A DNA stretch of 64,000 nucleotides from Gemmatales bacterium (GTDB lineage: Bacteria; Planctomycetota; Planctomycetia; Gemmatales; HRBIN36). The DNA lies in the NCBI GenBank assembly GCA_041640595.1, contig JBEPZY010000002.1:468651-532650 (forward strand). The letters run 5' to 3'. The notes below the pieces were generated by a model. The model did not search any database, had not been told where the DNA came from, and saw only the letters and a program-made list of their open reading frames with translations. A program made the position numbers and the translations under genes. Every line of letters starts with the position of its first letter. Positions within the stretch are counted from its first letter, which is position 1. Shown here in pieces: positions 19,876-29,670 of the stretch.

Positions 19876-20895
19876 ATGTATATCACGGCACGAGGCACGA
19901 CCTTAAGTGCAATACTAAGTGCAGCCGCACTAACTTTAGTTACCGACCTGAAATATGCGCTGGCCCAAACGCCACCTGCAAATGCCAGCGCAGCACCCGG
20001 TGCTAGTGGCCTGGGTACAGAAGTAGTTGCTCTGGTCAATAATGTTCCAATTACCCGAGCCGAATTAGCGAACGAACTTATAGCCCGCAAGGGTCGGCAG
20101 TTTCTCGAACTGCTTATCAATCGCCGCATCATCGAACAGGCCGCCGCCAAGGCTGGAGTCACCGCCACCGACAAGGAAGTCGAGGAAGAATTAGCAGAGG
20201 TGATTCGTTCCCTCAAGCTCAAAAATGCCGCCGAATTTGAAAGAACCGTGCTCAAGGATCGCCAGACCACCCTTTACGAATATAAGGAGGACGTTCTCCG
20301 CCCGGCCATTCTTATGCGAAAACTGGCGGAAAAACGCGTGCAGGTAACTGAAGAGGATTTGCGCAAGGCTTTCGAGGCCAACTATGGCGAGAAAGTACAA
20401 TGCCGTATTATCTTGATCCCCAAGTCAGATGGCCTGGGCGTCGCACTCAAGGTATATGAAAAGGTTCGCGGTAAAGGGTTGGAGGAATTTATCCGGGAAG
20501 CAAGCCAACAGCCTTCCCACCTGGCTGCTACCGGCGGTAGGATACGCCCTATCAATCGTCATTCAGCAGTACCGGAGCTAGAGCGGGCTGCATTTAGTCT
20601 TCGGGATGGCGAGATCAGTGAGATCATCGAGGTTCAGGAAGGTTATGTGATTCTTTACCGCGAACGGCTCATTCCGGCCGACACCAGTATTCGCTTCGAA
20701 GATGTGCGTGAGCTACTCTATAAGGAAGTTTACAAACGCAAGATCGAAGCTGAGATTCCTTTGCTATTCAACGAATTACGGGCAAGCGCGGTCATTAAGG
20801 ATTTCCTTAACAACCGCTTCGATGTCCAGGACATTGCTTTGCCAATCCCAAATCAAAATAAGCCCGCCTCACCCAATCCTGCTGCCAATCGGTAA
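19876..20895 (+). CDS. PpiC-type peptidyl-prolyl isomerase / SurA-PrsA-like foldase
   Basis: Signal peptide; VALVNNVPITR; parvulin motifs GGRI, AAFSLRDGEISEII, GYVIL; GGAGG RBS. Confidence 0.85.
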   Translation: MYITARGTTLSAILSAAALTLVTDLKYALAQTPPANASAAPGASGLGTEVVALVNNVPITRAELANELIARKGRQFLELLINRRIIEQAAAKAGVTATDKEVEEELAEVIRSLKLKNAAEFERTVLKDRQTTLYEYKEDVLRPAILMRKLAEKRVQVTEEDLRKAFEANYGEKVQCRIILIPKSDGLGVALKVYEKVRGKGLEEFIREASQQPSHLAATGGRIRPINRHSAVPELERAAFSLRDGEISEIIEVQEGYVILYRERLIPADTSIRFEDVRELLYKEVYKRKIEAEIPLLFNELRASAVIKDFLNNRFDVQDIALPIPNQNKPASPNPAANR

Positions 20896-21211
20896 GAGCA
20901 CCCGCTAATAATAAGTCCTGTTCACTGGAATAACGAAGTAACGGATGCTCGGATCAACATCTATGTAATTATTGTTAGACAAGCCGAAACGAAAACAGCG
21001 TTGACTATGCTTAAGCATTCCCGGCAGAAATGCATTGCGGTGTGAGGAGCAGTGGGACCAGTCCTTTGTTTCGTTATGGCAAAAAGTTTCTCGTGTCGCC
21101 CGAACAAAGGTTCGACAGTTTGCGAATCATTTGCCAAGTCGCCAAACATAGGCTAAGCTTAGGGTAGAAGTGACGTTGCTGATGAATTTGCCGCTTTGTC
21201 GAGTAACAGCC

Positions 21212-21850
21212 ATGCCCCATACTCGAAGCACGAAGAAGGCCGAATCAATTGCCCATCCAAGCAATGCCTGGGAACCGGTCAAGGAGGCCATCCTTCGGCG
21301 AGCCGAAACACGCGGATTTATCCTGCCGAGAGAAATACGTGAAGAGCTGCAACGGCTCGGCCTGGATGGGCAGCAATGGCGGGAGTTTGTTCGCCAAGCG
21401 GGAACCTTACTTACTTACCGTAACGGACGCTATTATTATGTCCCGGCCTGGAATGAAGCTCGCTTACGTGAAGAAGAGCGCCAGCTTCACGTGCGTGCTC
21501 TGCTACAGGCCTTGCTTGAACATCATAAGCGAACTCAGCATCGCCAGGAACGGCGAGGAGCTGAACGCATGGAGGTGATCTGGCCTATTACCTTAATTCT
21601 CGAAGATGGCACCTTGCACCGGGCGGTGACGCGTGATATTTCTGCTGCGGGAATACGCTTTCTGGGAACTAAGTCATTACTTGGTCAGCGAGTTATCGCC
21701 CGTCTAAGTTTAGGCTCGGAACAGGAGCATGTGTTCGCCGTGAGAATTTTGTGGACTTGCGAAGCCGGTGACCAGTTATATGAAAATGGGGGCACGGTTC
21801 TCGAAGTGCTCGCCCAAACTGAAACGCAAGCCCCTGCGCCTTCTGGTTGA
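21212..21850 (+). CDS. PilZ-domain (c-di-GMP-binding) protein with an N-terminal helical domain
   Basis: RRGAER (RxxxR) and DISAAG (DxSxxG) motifs; C-terminal VRILW...YENGG. Confidence 0.8.
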   Translation: MPHTRSTKKAESIAHPSNAWEPVKEAILRRAETRGFILPREIREELQRLGLDGQQWREFVRQAGTLLTYRNGRYYYVPAWNEARLREEERQLHVRALLQALLEHHKRTQHRQERRGAERMEVIWPITLILEDGTLHRAVTRDISAAGIRFLGTKSLLGQRVIARLSLGSEQEHVFAVRILWTCEAGDQLYENGGTVLEVLAQTETQAPAPSG

Positions 21851-21892
21851 CAACTCCATAACCGTTAGCGACCGTGCGTCGCACTAGAGGTG

Positions 21893-22462
21893 TTACTTAG
21901 AAGCATTTTCTAGCTTCTGCAACACGGCCTGGACAGCTCCTAAAGGATCGGAAGCGGTCGCTGAGTACTCGCGAATATGCCCTGGCCTTTGTGGGTCGGG
22001 AACACTGCACTCGAAACGCCAGCTATTGCCCTGCATTTCCAGGCGTTGCCAGGTAATACCCTTTGCCCGCAACTGTCGGAAGGTTTCTTCCCAGGAAACC
22101 GAGCGCTGGGCAGGGTTAGACCATCCCGCAGGCTGGAAAGGTTCAGTGGTCTGTGCCGTCAACGAATGTTGGCCCTCTAAGCTTTTCGTTCCGGCCACTA
22201 AGCGCGCATTTTCCACTGGCAAAGTAGAAGGTGGCTGCATGGTCGCGCTGGCACCGTTCTCCGCATCGGTCGCTGGCATAGGTGTCGGTGGAATTCGACC
22301 TAAAGGACTTCCCAGGAACGGGTCGCCCGTCTTGTTTTTCCCGGACTTAGAGGGGACACGGTTTCCTTCCAACTGCTGACAACCTGCAATGGTCAAAATC
22401 AGCAGCGCCAGGACAGTAATCAGCCACTTTCCTTTAGTTGCCGAGGCTAGCGTGGACAGCAT
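21893..22462 (-). CDS. Hypothetical lipoprotein
   Basis: Lipobox IAGC, Pro-rich linker, compact C-terminal domain. Confidence 0.7.
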   Translation of the reverse strand: MLSTLASATKGKWLITVLALLILTIAGCQQLEGNRVPSKSGKNKTGDPFLGSPLGRIPPTPMPATDAENGASATMQPPSTLPVENARLVAGTKSLEGQHSLTAQTTEPFQPAGWSNPAQRSVSWEETFRQLRAKGITWQRLEMQGNSWRFECSVPDPQRPGHIREYSATASDPLGAVQAVLQKLENASK

Positions 22463-22573
22463 TTTATATTTGCACTATAAGTCGGCAGTCAGCAGGCGCG
22501 CGTTATGGCCGGCCAATACTGGCACCCCGTATAGATTTTCGGCACTGGAGCAGTTCAAGTTCAGCGAAAACAC

Positions 22574-23992
22574 CTAGAAATTCCCCACTACAACCGGCAA
22601 ACTGAATTTTTTCGCCAAATTCTGAACGGAAGTATTAGTTGCCGAGCCAAACCGAAAAATCTGGGGCGTGTCCTGGAATTCCTGTTGGCTGACAAGCTCG
22701 GCGTATCCCACCAGGCTTTTCCCCCAGATGGCGACAGCCCGTACTGGCAGGATTTGACCTAACCATTCGCTTTTTCCCGGAAAAATCACCCGAACTCCAC
22801 GGCAGGCAGTTCCGCTGAGATGGCCCGGTAAACCTTCTTCGGTTTTCTCCGCTAACACCTCTAATTTTCTCCCGATCAGAGACTCTAAATACCGTCGCCG
22901 CAGTGTGCGATCCAGGTTCGCCAATTGTTCCTTGCGCCGTTGCAGGAGATGAGAGGGCACTTGATTTGGCATCTGAGCCGCTGGTGTACCTGGGCGCGGG
23001 CTGAACGGAAAGATATGTATCCAGGCAAATCCAACTCGCTCGGCTACCTCGAGGGTAGAGGCAAAATCTTCCTCCGTTTCGCCGGGAAAACCGACAATAA
23101 TGTCCGTAGAAATGGCGGGATTATCGAAGGCCTGGCGTATCAACTCGCAGTTTCTAATAAAACTCTCCACACGATACCGTCTTCGCATCGCCTGCAGGAT
23201 TTTATTCGAGCCACTCTGCAAACACACATGAAAATGAGGACAAACACGCGGATGGCGTCGGCATGCTTCTAACAATTCCCCTCGAATTTCAGCCGCCTCT
23301 AAGCTACTAAGCCGGATGCGAAATTCTCCGGGTAGCTTGGCCAGGGCGTCTAATAAATGCCATAGCCGCGACCATTCCGATTTAGGCCGACCTCGACTCA
23401 GGTCAATTCCATAATGGCCGAGGTGAATACCAGTCAGGACAATTTCACGATAACCGTTCGCAACTAACTCCCGTACTTCCTCGACAATCGCCGGTATAGG
23501 TCGGCTAACAAATCGCGGTCGCACGTAAGGTATTATGCAAAACGTGCAGTTAAGCAGGCAGCCATCCTGTACTTTGACAAATGCCCTTCGATGACCGTGA
23601 AAATGCCGAATACCAGCTGGCCAGCTTACTAAGCCCCATTCAGTCAGCAATTCTGGCAGCCGGTCTTTATCGGTTACAACACGCACGCCAGGTCCCAGCT
23701 TACTAATAGATTGCGGATCACGGCTGGCGAAACAACCCATCACAAGCACACCAAAACGCGGGCGCTCGCTGAGTAATCGTCTGATCAACCGCCGAGCCTT
23801 TGCTTCAGCTTCCTGGGTCACAGCGCAGGTGTTCACCACATATAGATCAGCTTTTCCATCCTCCACTATTTGATAGCCATTCCATTGCAAAGCTTCTTGC
23901 AGGTATTGGGATTCGTATTGATTGACCTTGCAGCCGAATGTAAACAGGCGGCATGTCTTGCGGCTTTCGATGTTCTGTACTACCATGCTCAT
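22574..23992 (-). CDS. mtaB: tRNA t6A37 C2-methylthiotransferase MtaB
   Basis: TFGCKVNQYES, VNTCAVT, KVQDGCLLNCTFC radical SAM motif, VGFPGETEEDF, TRAM domain. Confidence 0.92.
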   Translation of the reverse strand: MSMVVQNIESRKTCRLFTFGCKVNQYESQYLQEALQWNGYQIVEDGKADLYVVNTCAVTQEAEAKARRLIRRLLSERPRFGVLVMGCFASRDPQSISKLGPGVRVVTDKDRLPELLTEWGLVSWPAGIRHFHGHRRAFVKVQDGCLLNCTFCIIPYVRPRFVSRPIPAIVEEVRELVANGYREIVLTGIHLGHYGIDLSRGRPKSEWSRLWHLLDALAKLPGEFRIRLSSLEAAEIRGELLEACRRHPRVCPHFHVCLQSGSNKILQAMRRRYRVESFIRNCELIRQAFDNPAISTDIIVGFPGETEEDFASTLEVAERVGFAWIHIFPFSPRPGTPAAQMPNQVPSHLLQRRKEQLANLDRTLRRRYLESLIGRKLEVLAEKTEEGLPGHLSGTACRGVRVIFPGKSEWLGQILPVRAVAIWGKSLVGYAELVSQQEFQDTPQIFRFGSATNTSVQNLAKKFSLPVVVGNF

Positions 23993-24024
23993 GGTCAGGT
24001 GCTCTTCTAATGAGCCGGCGGGTC

Positions 24025-27000
24025 TTATTGCTTGCTATCGGAAGCTTCGGCGGTCACGGCCATGATAATAGGGGCTGTGTTGTCAGGGCCCTTGACGAAT
24101 TCAATCCGTCGAATAACCACATCCGGCCGCTTAGGTCGGATGACGAGATAACGGATTTGCTGCTGACCCAGCGCAAACGCAAATTCCGAGCCGGGAACAT
24201 CAACGCGGCGAATATAGTCAGCAAAATGTTCCCCGTTTTTCAGTTCGTGATCCTCACTTCGGCCATCTTCGTAATGCAACCGCACGATTAGAGATACAGA
24301 GCCCTTTTCGCCGAGCGGGAATCCCCACCCACTTACACCACTAAGCATGTGGATTGCTGATGCAGCCACGTTGCAGGGCACCTCAACAGATTTCGGCATT
24401 TTCGGAGGGAAAGTTCCTTGCGGACTATATAGGAGAATGACATTGGCTTTGTGCCCATCTTGCGGATCCATGACATGGAATGGGACTCCGCGGAAAATTT
24501 TGGGTTCCCAGTCGGGGAATACTAAGCGTTCCTGTCTGGCCTCCGCTCGGTAGAACATGCCCCGTGCGCTGGACATAGTAGCAGCCCGCTCTAATGGCAA
24601 CGGTATATACTTGCCACGCTGCGTCAAAAATTCCAGTAAATCAGCTAACTCCTGGGGTTTGAGTTGTTGCTCAAAACCTTCGGGCATAAGCGACTTAGGC
24701 GACGCCTGAATTTGTTCGATTTCATCTCGTGGAAGCACATGTTTCTTACCTTCCGCATCTAACAATTCTATCGCCGTTTTACTCTCAGCAACTAATAACC
24801 CGGTCAGCACCTGTCCGGACTTCGTGGCAATGAGATACTGGCGGTAGTTTCCCTCGACGCTGCGGCTCGGATCGAGAATTTCTATCAGCAGGTGTTCTTT
24901 GCTGTGAACTGCCATACCGGTCAAATCGGGGCCTATCTTGTTCCCTGTTCCTTGATATGTATGACACTTAGCACAATGGTTCTGAAAGACAGTTTTGCCT
25001 GCTTCGGTATTCCCCTTTGTCTTGACCACATAAAGGAGCGAATCGATTACCTTTTGCCGATCGGGATTTGGCAGGCCACCGGTGGCTGTTAATGCTTTCC
25101 TCACCAGCGGGGCGAGACGCTTATCGGAAATGTGTAACAAGCTTTGCCGATCTTCTAAGGTAAGGTCGCGGCTCGAAATAATACCTTGATTTAATGCGTC
25201 AAGGAAAGCTGGCAGCCAATCCTGGCGGGTGAGAAAGACCTTTATCAGTGCCTTTCGGCCGGCCGGAGTGAGCTGAGGTAGAAGTTTCGTCAAACGCTTG
25301 GATAAGTCGCCACGGTTAGATTCTGCTAGAACATTAGCCAGGCCCTCAATCCATTCTGGTGGCGATTGGGGATTTATCAGAGACTCCAAAAACTTCAGGA
25401 TCTCATCATCGTCGCGGGCCAGGAAGAGCAGTAAGCGGGCTGATTCTAAACGCTTACTGGTGTCCAGGGCTTCGTCTGTGATTTCCCGCCTGAGGTCGCT
25501 AACAATCTCGGAAGTATGCTTGCGTGCTACCGGGCTATTCCATCGTGCGGCGAGGGTAAGTAACAGGCGACGAGTGGTTTTAGGTACCTTTTCAATCAAC
25601 TGTTCGAGTCGGCGCTGGTTTTCCTGGCTAAGCTCCAAAGGTTTTGTTGCTGACCTGATCCAGATAGACAGGATCGCTTCTTGAGTGCTGGTGGGCCATT
25701 TATCAAGATAAGTCAAGAGCGTCTCGACGTCTCGCTGGGCATGGCGACGCGCTGTATGGGTCATAACGCGTTCAAATACGGCATGCCAGGGTCCGTCCAG
25801 TTGTTGTATTTTTCGTTTGCTGAGAGCAGCAAACCAGTCGTTCGCGTGGGTAGCGGCAGCGATTGTATAGGCATCGAGAAGACCGCGATCCTCTGATATC
25901 GAATTATTGAGGAATTGTTCTGCCAGAAACGTGATCGCTAACGGATCGGACGGCATATCCGCCAACCGCAACCAGGCAACCTTGCGCACTAAGGAATCGC
26001 TATCCTTTAAGACGCCAGAGTTCACTAAGCATTCCCTGCCTTGAGAGGTCGCGGGCAGAACCTGAATAGCATTCTTTCGCACAGCGTAGGAGGGATGCTG
26101 CAAAGCACGACCAACAGCTGCCAGGACCTTAGCATCGCCGTCCGCACGGATTACTCCAAGGCCGTGGAGGGTCCAGAGGGCGTGAATTACAGTTGTATTC
26201 AGGCCGCAAGCGTCGAGCGAGCGATCATCGAGCATCTGGACTAAGTCGGTAACGACATCTAAGCATCGGTTTTCCACCAGCAGGCGTTGAGCATGCAGGC
26301 GCCAGAATAAGTTATCGTTACGGAGTTGTTTAGCCCATTCGGCAGAACCGGCAGCGGAAAGGTTAGGCGAACGATAAGGTGGGGCGCTTTTCTGTACCAG
26401 GCGATAGATGCGGCCGTGGGTATAATCCCGAAGAGGGGTCTCGTAGGCATTACCTCGACCGGTGCGGAAACCAGGGGGCGTGGGGTTGTGCTGCACAATA
26501 TAGCTATACCAGTCTATGACCCAGACATTTCCGTCGGGACCGACTGCCGCGGCAATAGGAGCGCACCACTCGTCGTCGCTGGCGATTAGGTTCCAGCCAT
26601 AACGCGAACGATAGCCGCTACCATGACGCTCTAAAAGCATAGTAGCCACTAAGTGGCCAGTAGGCTCGGCAACAAAAGCAGCGCGATTCCAGTAAGCCTG
26701 TGGATAACGGCGTGCTGTGTATAGCATGTGCCCTGATGCCGCGGTAAATCGCCCGTGAAAATCCACCTGACGAACCTTATCAGTGATCGGGTAGAAACGA
26801 GCACTCTCGGCAATCATGAGTAAAGGTCCGGCCGACCAGCCTTGCACTTTTTCGTAATAGCGGTTTGGAATATCCAGGTAAACACTTGGATTGCCATTGG
26901 CTGTCGAGGCGAAAATCTCGCCTTCTTCGGAGATTCCCAGTCCCCAGGTATTGTTTGTGGTGCTTCGCAGAAACTCAAACTGGCTGACGCGCGGCGGCGC

Positions 27001-27771
27001 TTTAGGATTGGTGGGATTCCTCTCTAAACGAAAACGATAAATTCCCTGGCCAAAACGGAAACTTTCGCCGGCAATAGTGCCTTGAAACCCAGCATATCCG
27101 ACCGTGCCATATATCCAGTTGTCGAGACCGTAGATCAAATTGCTAGGGCCGGCATGAGTGTCATAAGTGCCCCAGCCGGTGATGAGAGTATGCCATTCAT
27201 CGGCACGGTCATCTCCATCCAGGTCGCGCAGAAAAAATGTATGCGGCGGACAGTGTACTACTATGCCGCCATAGGCGAAAATAAAGGAAGTCGGGATGCT
27301 TAGCCGGTCGGCAAAAACCTTGATTTTGTCAATTCTGCCATCCCCATCTGTATCCTCGCAGATTAAAATGCGATCGTTGCCCTGGCCCTGTGGTTGAAGG
27401 TTGTTCGGATAATCTCGGGTGACCGCAACCCACAGGCGTCCTCGCTCATCCCAATTGAAAGCAATAGGCTTGCCACCTAAGTCGGGCTCTGAAATTACCA
27501 GTTGAACATCCAGGTGCTGCGGGTGGACAAAATGTTTACTGGATTCGGTCGGGTCGAGAGGTTTTTGCATTTGCCCGATAAGTTCCGTACCACCACCAGC
27601 TCGATAGATCGGCACTTTGGCCTCGACATATTCGAATGGGCGTACGTCGCGGCGTGGGGATGTCAAGGGTGGGGGTGTTCGGTCAATTGGCTCGCCGTTC
27701 ACCAGTGAGCCGAGTAGGGAAATTGCTATAACAGTGATCGCTAGGTAAGAGACTTTATCGCGCATGGTCAC
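24025..27771 (-). CDS. PVC-type heme-binding CxxCH protein (membrane-bound dehydrogenase beta-propeller, HEAT repeats, cytochrome c)
   Basis: WDERGRLWV, EDTDGDGRID, DTHAGPSNL, CAKCH at 24961-24975, IGPDLT, SLMPEG. Confidence 0.9.
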   Translation of the reverse strand: MTMRDKVSYLAITVIAISLLGSLVNGEPIDRTPPPLTSPRRDVRPFEYVEAKVPIYRAGGGTELIGQMQKPLDPTESSKHFVHPQHLDVQLVISEPDLGGKPIAFNWDERGRLWVAVTRDYPNNLQPQGQGNDRILICEDTDGDGRIDKIKVFADRLSIPTSFIFAYGGIVVHCPPHTFFLRDLDGDDRADEWHTLITGWGTYDTHAGPSNLIYGLDNWIYGTVGYAGFQGTIAGESFRFGQGIYRFRLERNPTNPKAPPRVSQFEFLRSTTNNTWGLGISEEGEIFASTANGNPSVYLDIPNRYYEKVQGWSAGPLLMIAESARFYPITDKVRQVDFHGRFTAASGHMLYTARRYPQAYWNRAAFVAEPTGHLVATMLLERHGSGYRSRYGWNLIASDDEWCAPIAAAVGPDGNVWVIDWYSYIVQHNPTPPGFRTGRGNAYETPLRDYTHGRIYRLVQKSAPPYRSPNLSAAGSAEWAKQLRNDNLFWRLHAQRLLVENRCLDVVTDLVQMLDDRSLDACGLNTTVIHALWTLHGLGVIRADGDAKVLAAVGRALQHPSYAVRKNAIQVLPATSQGRECLVNSGVLKDSDSLVRKVAWLRLADMPSDPLAITFLAEQFLNNSISEDRGLLDAYTIAAATHANDWFAALSKRKIQQLDGPWHAVFERVMTHTARRHAQRDVETLLTYLDKWPTSTQEAILSIWIRSATKPLELSQENQRRLEQLIEKVPKTTRRLLLTLAARWNSPVARKHTSEIVSDLRREITDEALDTSKRLESARLLLFLARDDDEILKFLESLINPQSPPEWIEGLANVLAESNRGDLSKRLTKLLPQLTPAGRKALIKVFLTRQDWLPAFLDALNQGIISSRDLTLEDRQSLLHISDKRLAPLVRKALTATGGLPNPDRQKVIDSLLYVVKTKGNTEAGKTVFQNHCAKCHTYQGTGNKIGPDLTGMAVHSKEHLLIEILDPSRSVEGNYRQYLIATKSGQVLTGLLVAESKTAIELLDAEGKKHVLPRDEIEQIQASPKSLMPEGFEQQLKPQELADLLEFLTQRGKYIPLPLERAATMSSARGMFYRAEARQERLVFPDWEPKIFRGVPFHVMDPQDGHKANVILLYSPQGTFPPKMPKSVEVPCNVAASAIHMLSGVSGWGFPLGEKGSVSLIVRLHYEDGRSEDHELKNGEHFADYIRRVDVPGSEFAFALGQQQIRYLVIRPKRPDVVIRRIEFVKGPDNTAPIIMAVTAEASDSKQ

Positions 27772-28004
27772 TTGTCCTCCCGTTCACTGCGGGAATCTGG
27801 AGAGGGCGCAGAGGGCAGGTCTGAAGGAATATAGATACCTACCTTCGCCAGTCGGTCTGGCGGTTGGGCCAGGAGTCGTTGCAGAAGATAATCGCGTCCC
27901 CAATCTTCATTTTCCACCGCATCCAGGGGCGGTACTTCCTCGCCGAGTTGTTCGGCAAGCAAGTGCCAGACTTCTGACGTTGAAAGCTCGAAAATGCTGC
28001 GCAT
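27768..28004 (-). CDS. Small hypothetical protein (78 aa)
   Basis: Its stop overlaps the GTG start of the CxxCH gene (GTGA); acidic helical composition. Confidence 0.6.
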   Translation of the reverse strand: MRSIFELSTSEVWHLLAEQLGEEVPPLDAVENEDWGRDYLLQRLLAQPPDRLAKVGIYIPSDLPSAPSPDSRSEREDK

Positions 28005-28094
28005 GGTTGCACCATGTGGTACGGGGAGCGGCCAATTTGCTCGGTCAGGACTATATTAAGCCGTGAAGCAGGATTCAGCAACGGGAGGCGAGTG

Positions 28095-28631
28095 ATGACC
28101 GCCAGGCCTGTGGAGCGGATACGAGTCGTCCGCGGGGATATCACGAAACTGTCGGTAGATGCGATTGTTAATGCCGCGAATGAGGCCCTGCGTCCCGGCG
28201 GTGGTGTGGACGGTGCGATTCGTCGTGCCGCTGGGCCGGAACTCAATGAGGCATGTCGAAAGCTTGGCGGCTGCCCCACGGGTGAGGCACGCATTACCCC
28301 TGGTTTTCGCTTGCCGGCGAAATATGTAATCCACACGGTCGGCCCTGTTTATCAAGGCGGTTCCCGGCACGAGGCAGAACTTCTGCGCTCGTGCTATTTA
28401 AACTCGCTAAGGTTGGCAGAGGAACATCAAGTGCGGAGCATCGCTTTTCCCTGTATTTCCACAGGGGTCTATGGTTATCCGAAACCGGAAGCATGTACCA
28501 TCGCAGTGGAGGCAACCCTCGATTGGCTCCGTAAACATGCCCTGCCGGAAGAGGTCATTTTTTGCTGCTTTGAGGAGGAAGATTATCGTTTATACGAGCA
28601 GGAAATCAATAAGCAACGGGGTTCCTGCTAA
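28095..28631 (+). CDS. Macro-domain protein (O-acetyl-ADP-ribose deacetylase, YmdB-like)
   Basis: GDIT, AIVNAAN, GGGVDGAI, HTVGPVY, FPCISTGVYGYP; GGAGG RBS. Confidence 0.93.
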   Translation: MTARPVERIRVVRGDITKLSVDAIVNAANEALRPGGGVDGAIRRAAGPELNEACRKLGGCPTGEARITPGFRLPAKYVIHTVGPVYQGGSRHEAELLRSCYLNSLRLAEEHQVRSIAFPCISTGVYGYPKPEACTIAVEATLDWLRKHALPEEVIFCCFEEEDYRLYEQEINKQRGSC

Positions 28632-28780
28632 CTTTAGTCGCCTGAGTCGCCTGTGAATTAGGAGCCTTTCATGGCAATGCCTTCGGGCGAGAAGCGTTTT
28701 GGACAGCAAGCGAAAACCTGCGCTTTTCCGCGCAGGATTAGACACCTGTATCCTTGACAAACGCGAAGAAAGGAGAAACG

Positions 28781-29524
28781 ATGATGCAGAGCCGAGCAGT
28801 GCTGACAACGCTAGGTATTGGTGTACTGGCTATTTTTTCAATGACTACGCGAGGGCAATTTGGGGATATTAGTGGTGTCAAGCTCCTCAAACCAGAAGAC
28901 GGCATGGATGTCAAGATCCAGCCTGCCCCAGCAGGTGCGGTCGTCCTTTTCGATGGCAAGAGTTTCGATAACTGGACGAAGCTGGACGGCAAAACGGCCC
29001 CTGGTTGGAAAATTGTCAATGGAGCTATGGAAGTGGTGCCCGGCTCCGGGAACATCATAACCAAGCAACGCTTTGGTGGGGCTTTCCATTTACACGTGGA
29101 GTTTCGTGTTCCCTACATGCCGAACGCCAAAGGGCAAGCACGTGGTAATAGCGGTGTTTATGTCCAGGGGCGTTATGAGGTGCAGATATTAGATAGCTAT
29201 GGGCTGCAAAGCCAGAAAAATGATTGCGGAGCCATTTACGGCATAGCTGCCCCGTCAGTAAACGCTTGCAAGGCACCGACTGTATGGCAGAGCTACGATA
29301 TCTATTTCCGCTCCCCGATTTGCGTAAATGGAAAGAAAAAGGAGCCGGCCCGCATGACGGTTTATCACAACGGCATAAAAATTCATAACGATGTAAGCAT
29401 TCCCGTAGATAACACCACCGCAGGTTTAGGTGGTGACCCGTGCACGCCCGGGCCGATCATGTTGCAGGATCACGGCAACCCGGTTCAGTTCCGCAATATT
29501 TGGCTACTGCCGCTCAAAGAGTAA
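28781..29524 (+). CDS. DUF1080 / 3-keto-disaccharide hydrolase family protein
   Basis: LFDGKSFDNW, GNSGVY, YEVQILDS, LQDHGNPVQFRNIW; signal peptide; AGGAG RBS. Confidence 0.9.
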   Translation: MMQSRAVLTTLGIGVLAIFSMTTRGQFGDISGVKLLKPEDGMDVKIQPAPAGAVVLFDGKSFDNWTKLDGKTAPGWKIVNGAMEVVPGSGNIITKQRFGGAFHLHVEFRVPYMPNAKGQARGNSGVYVQGRYEVQILDSYGLQSQKNDCGAIYGIAAPSVNACKAPTVWQSYDIYFRSPICVNGKKKEPARMTVYHNGIKIHNDVSIPVDNTTAGLGGDPCTPGPIMLQDHGNPVQFRNIWLLPLKE

Positions 29525-29670
29525 GTTACTTTGTCAGCCTGACTTCTTCACTCACAGGTAGTTAACTCCAGCCAGGGTGATCCTGGCCCTGGTCAGCTAG
29601 CTTATACCTGAGTGAGAAATTTGCGCCGACACCGATGCAGCTCATGTGGACGATGAGATCATGTAAGAGG

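Noticed and set aside
20900..21200. c-di-GMP riboswitch or tRNA near the PilZ gene (GGTTCGA at about 21109)
   Set aside because: No GEMM consensus and no cloverleaf; only one modest hairpin
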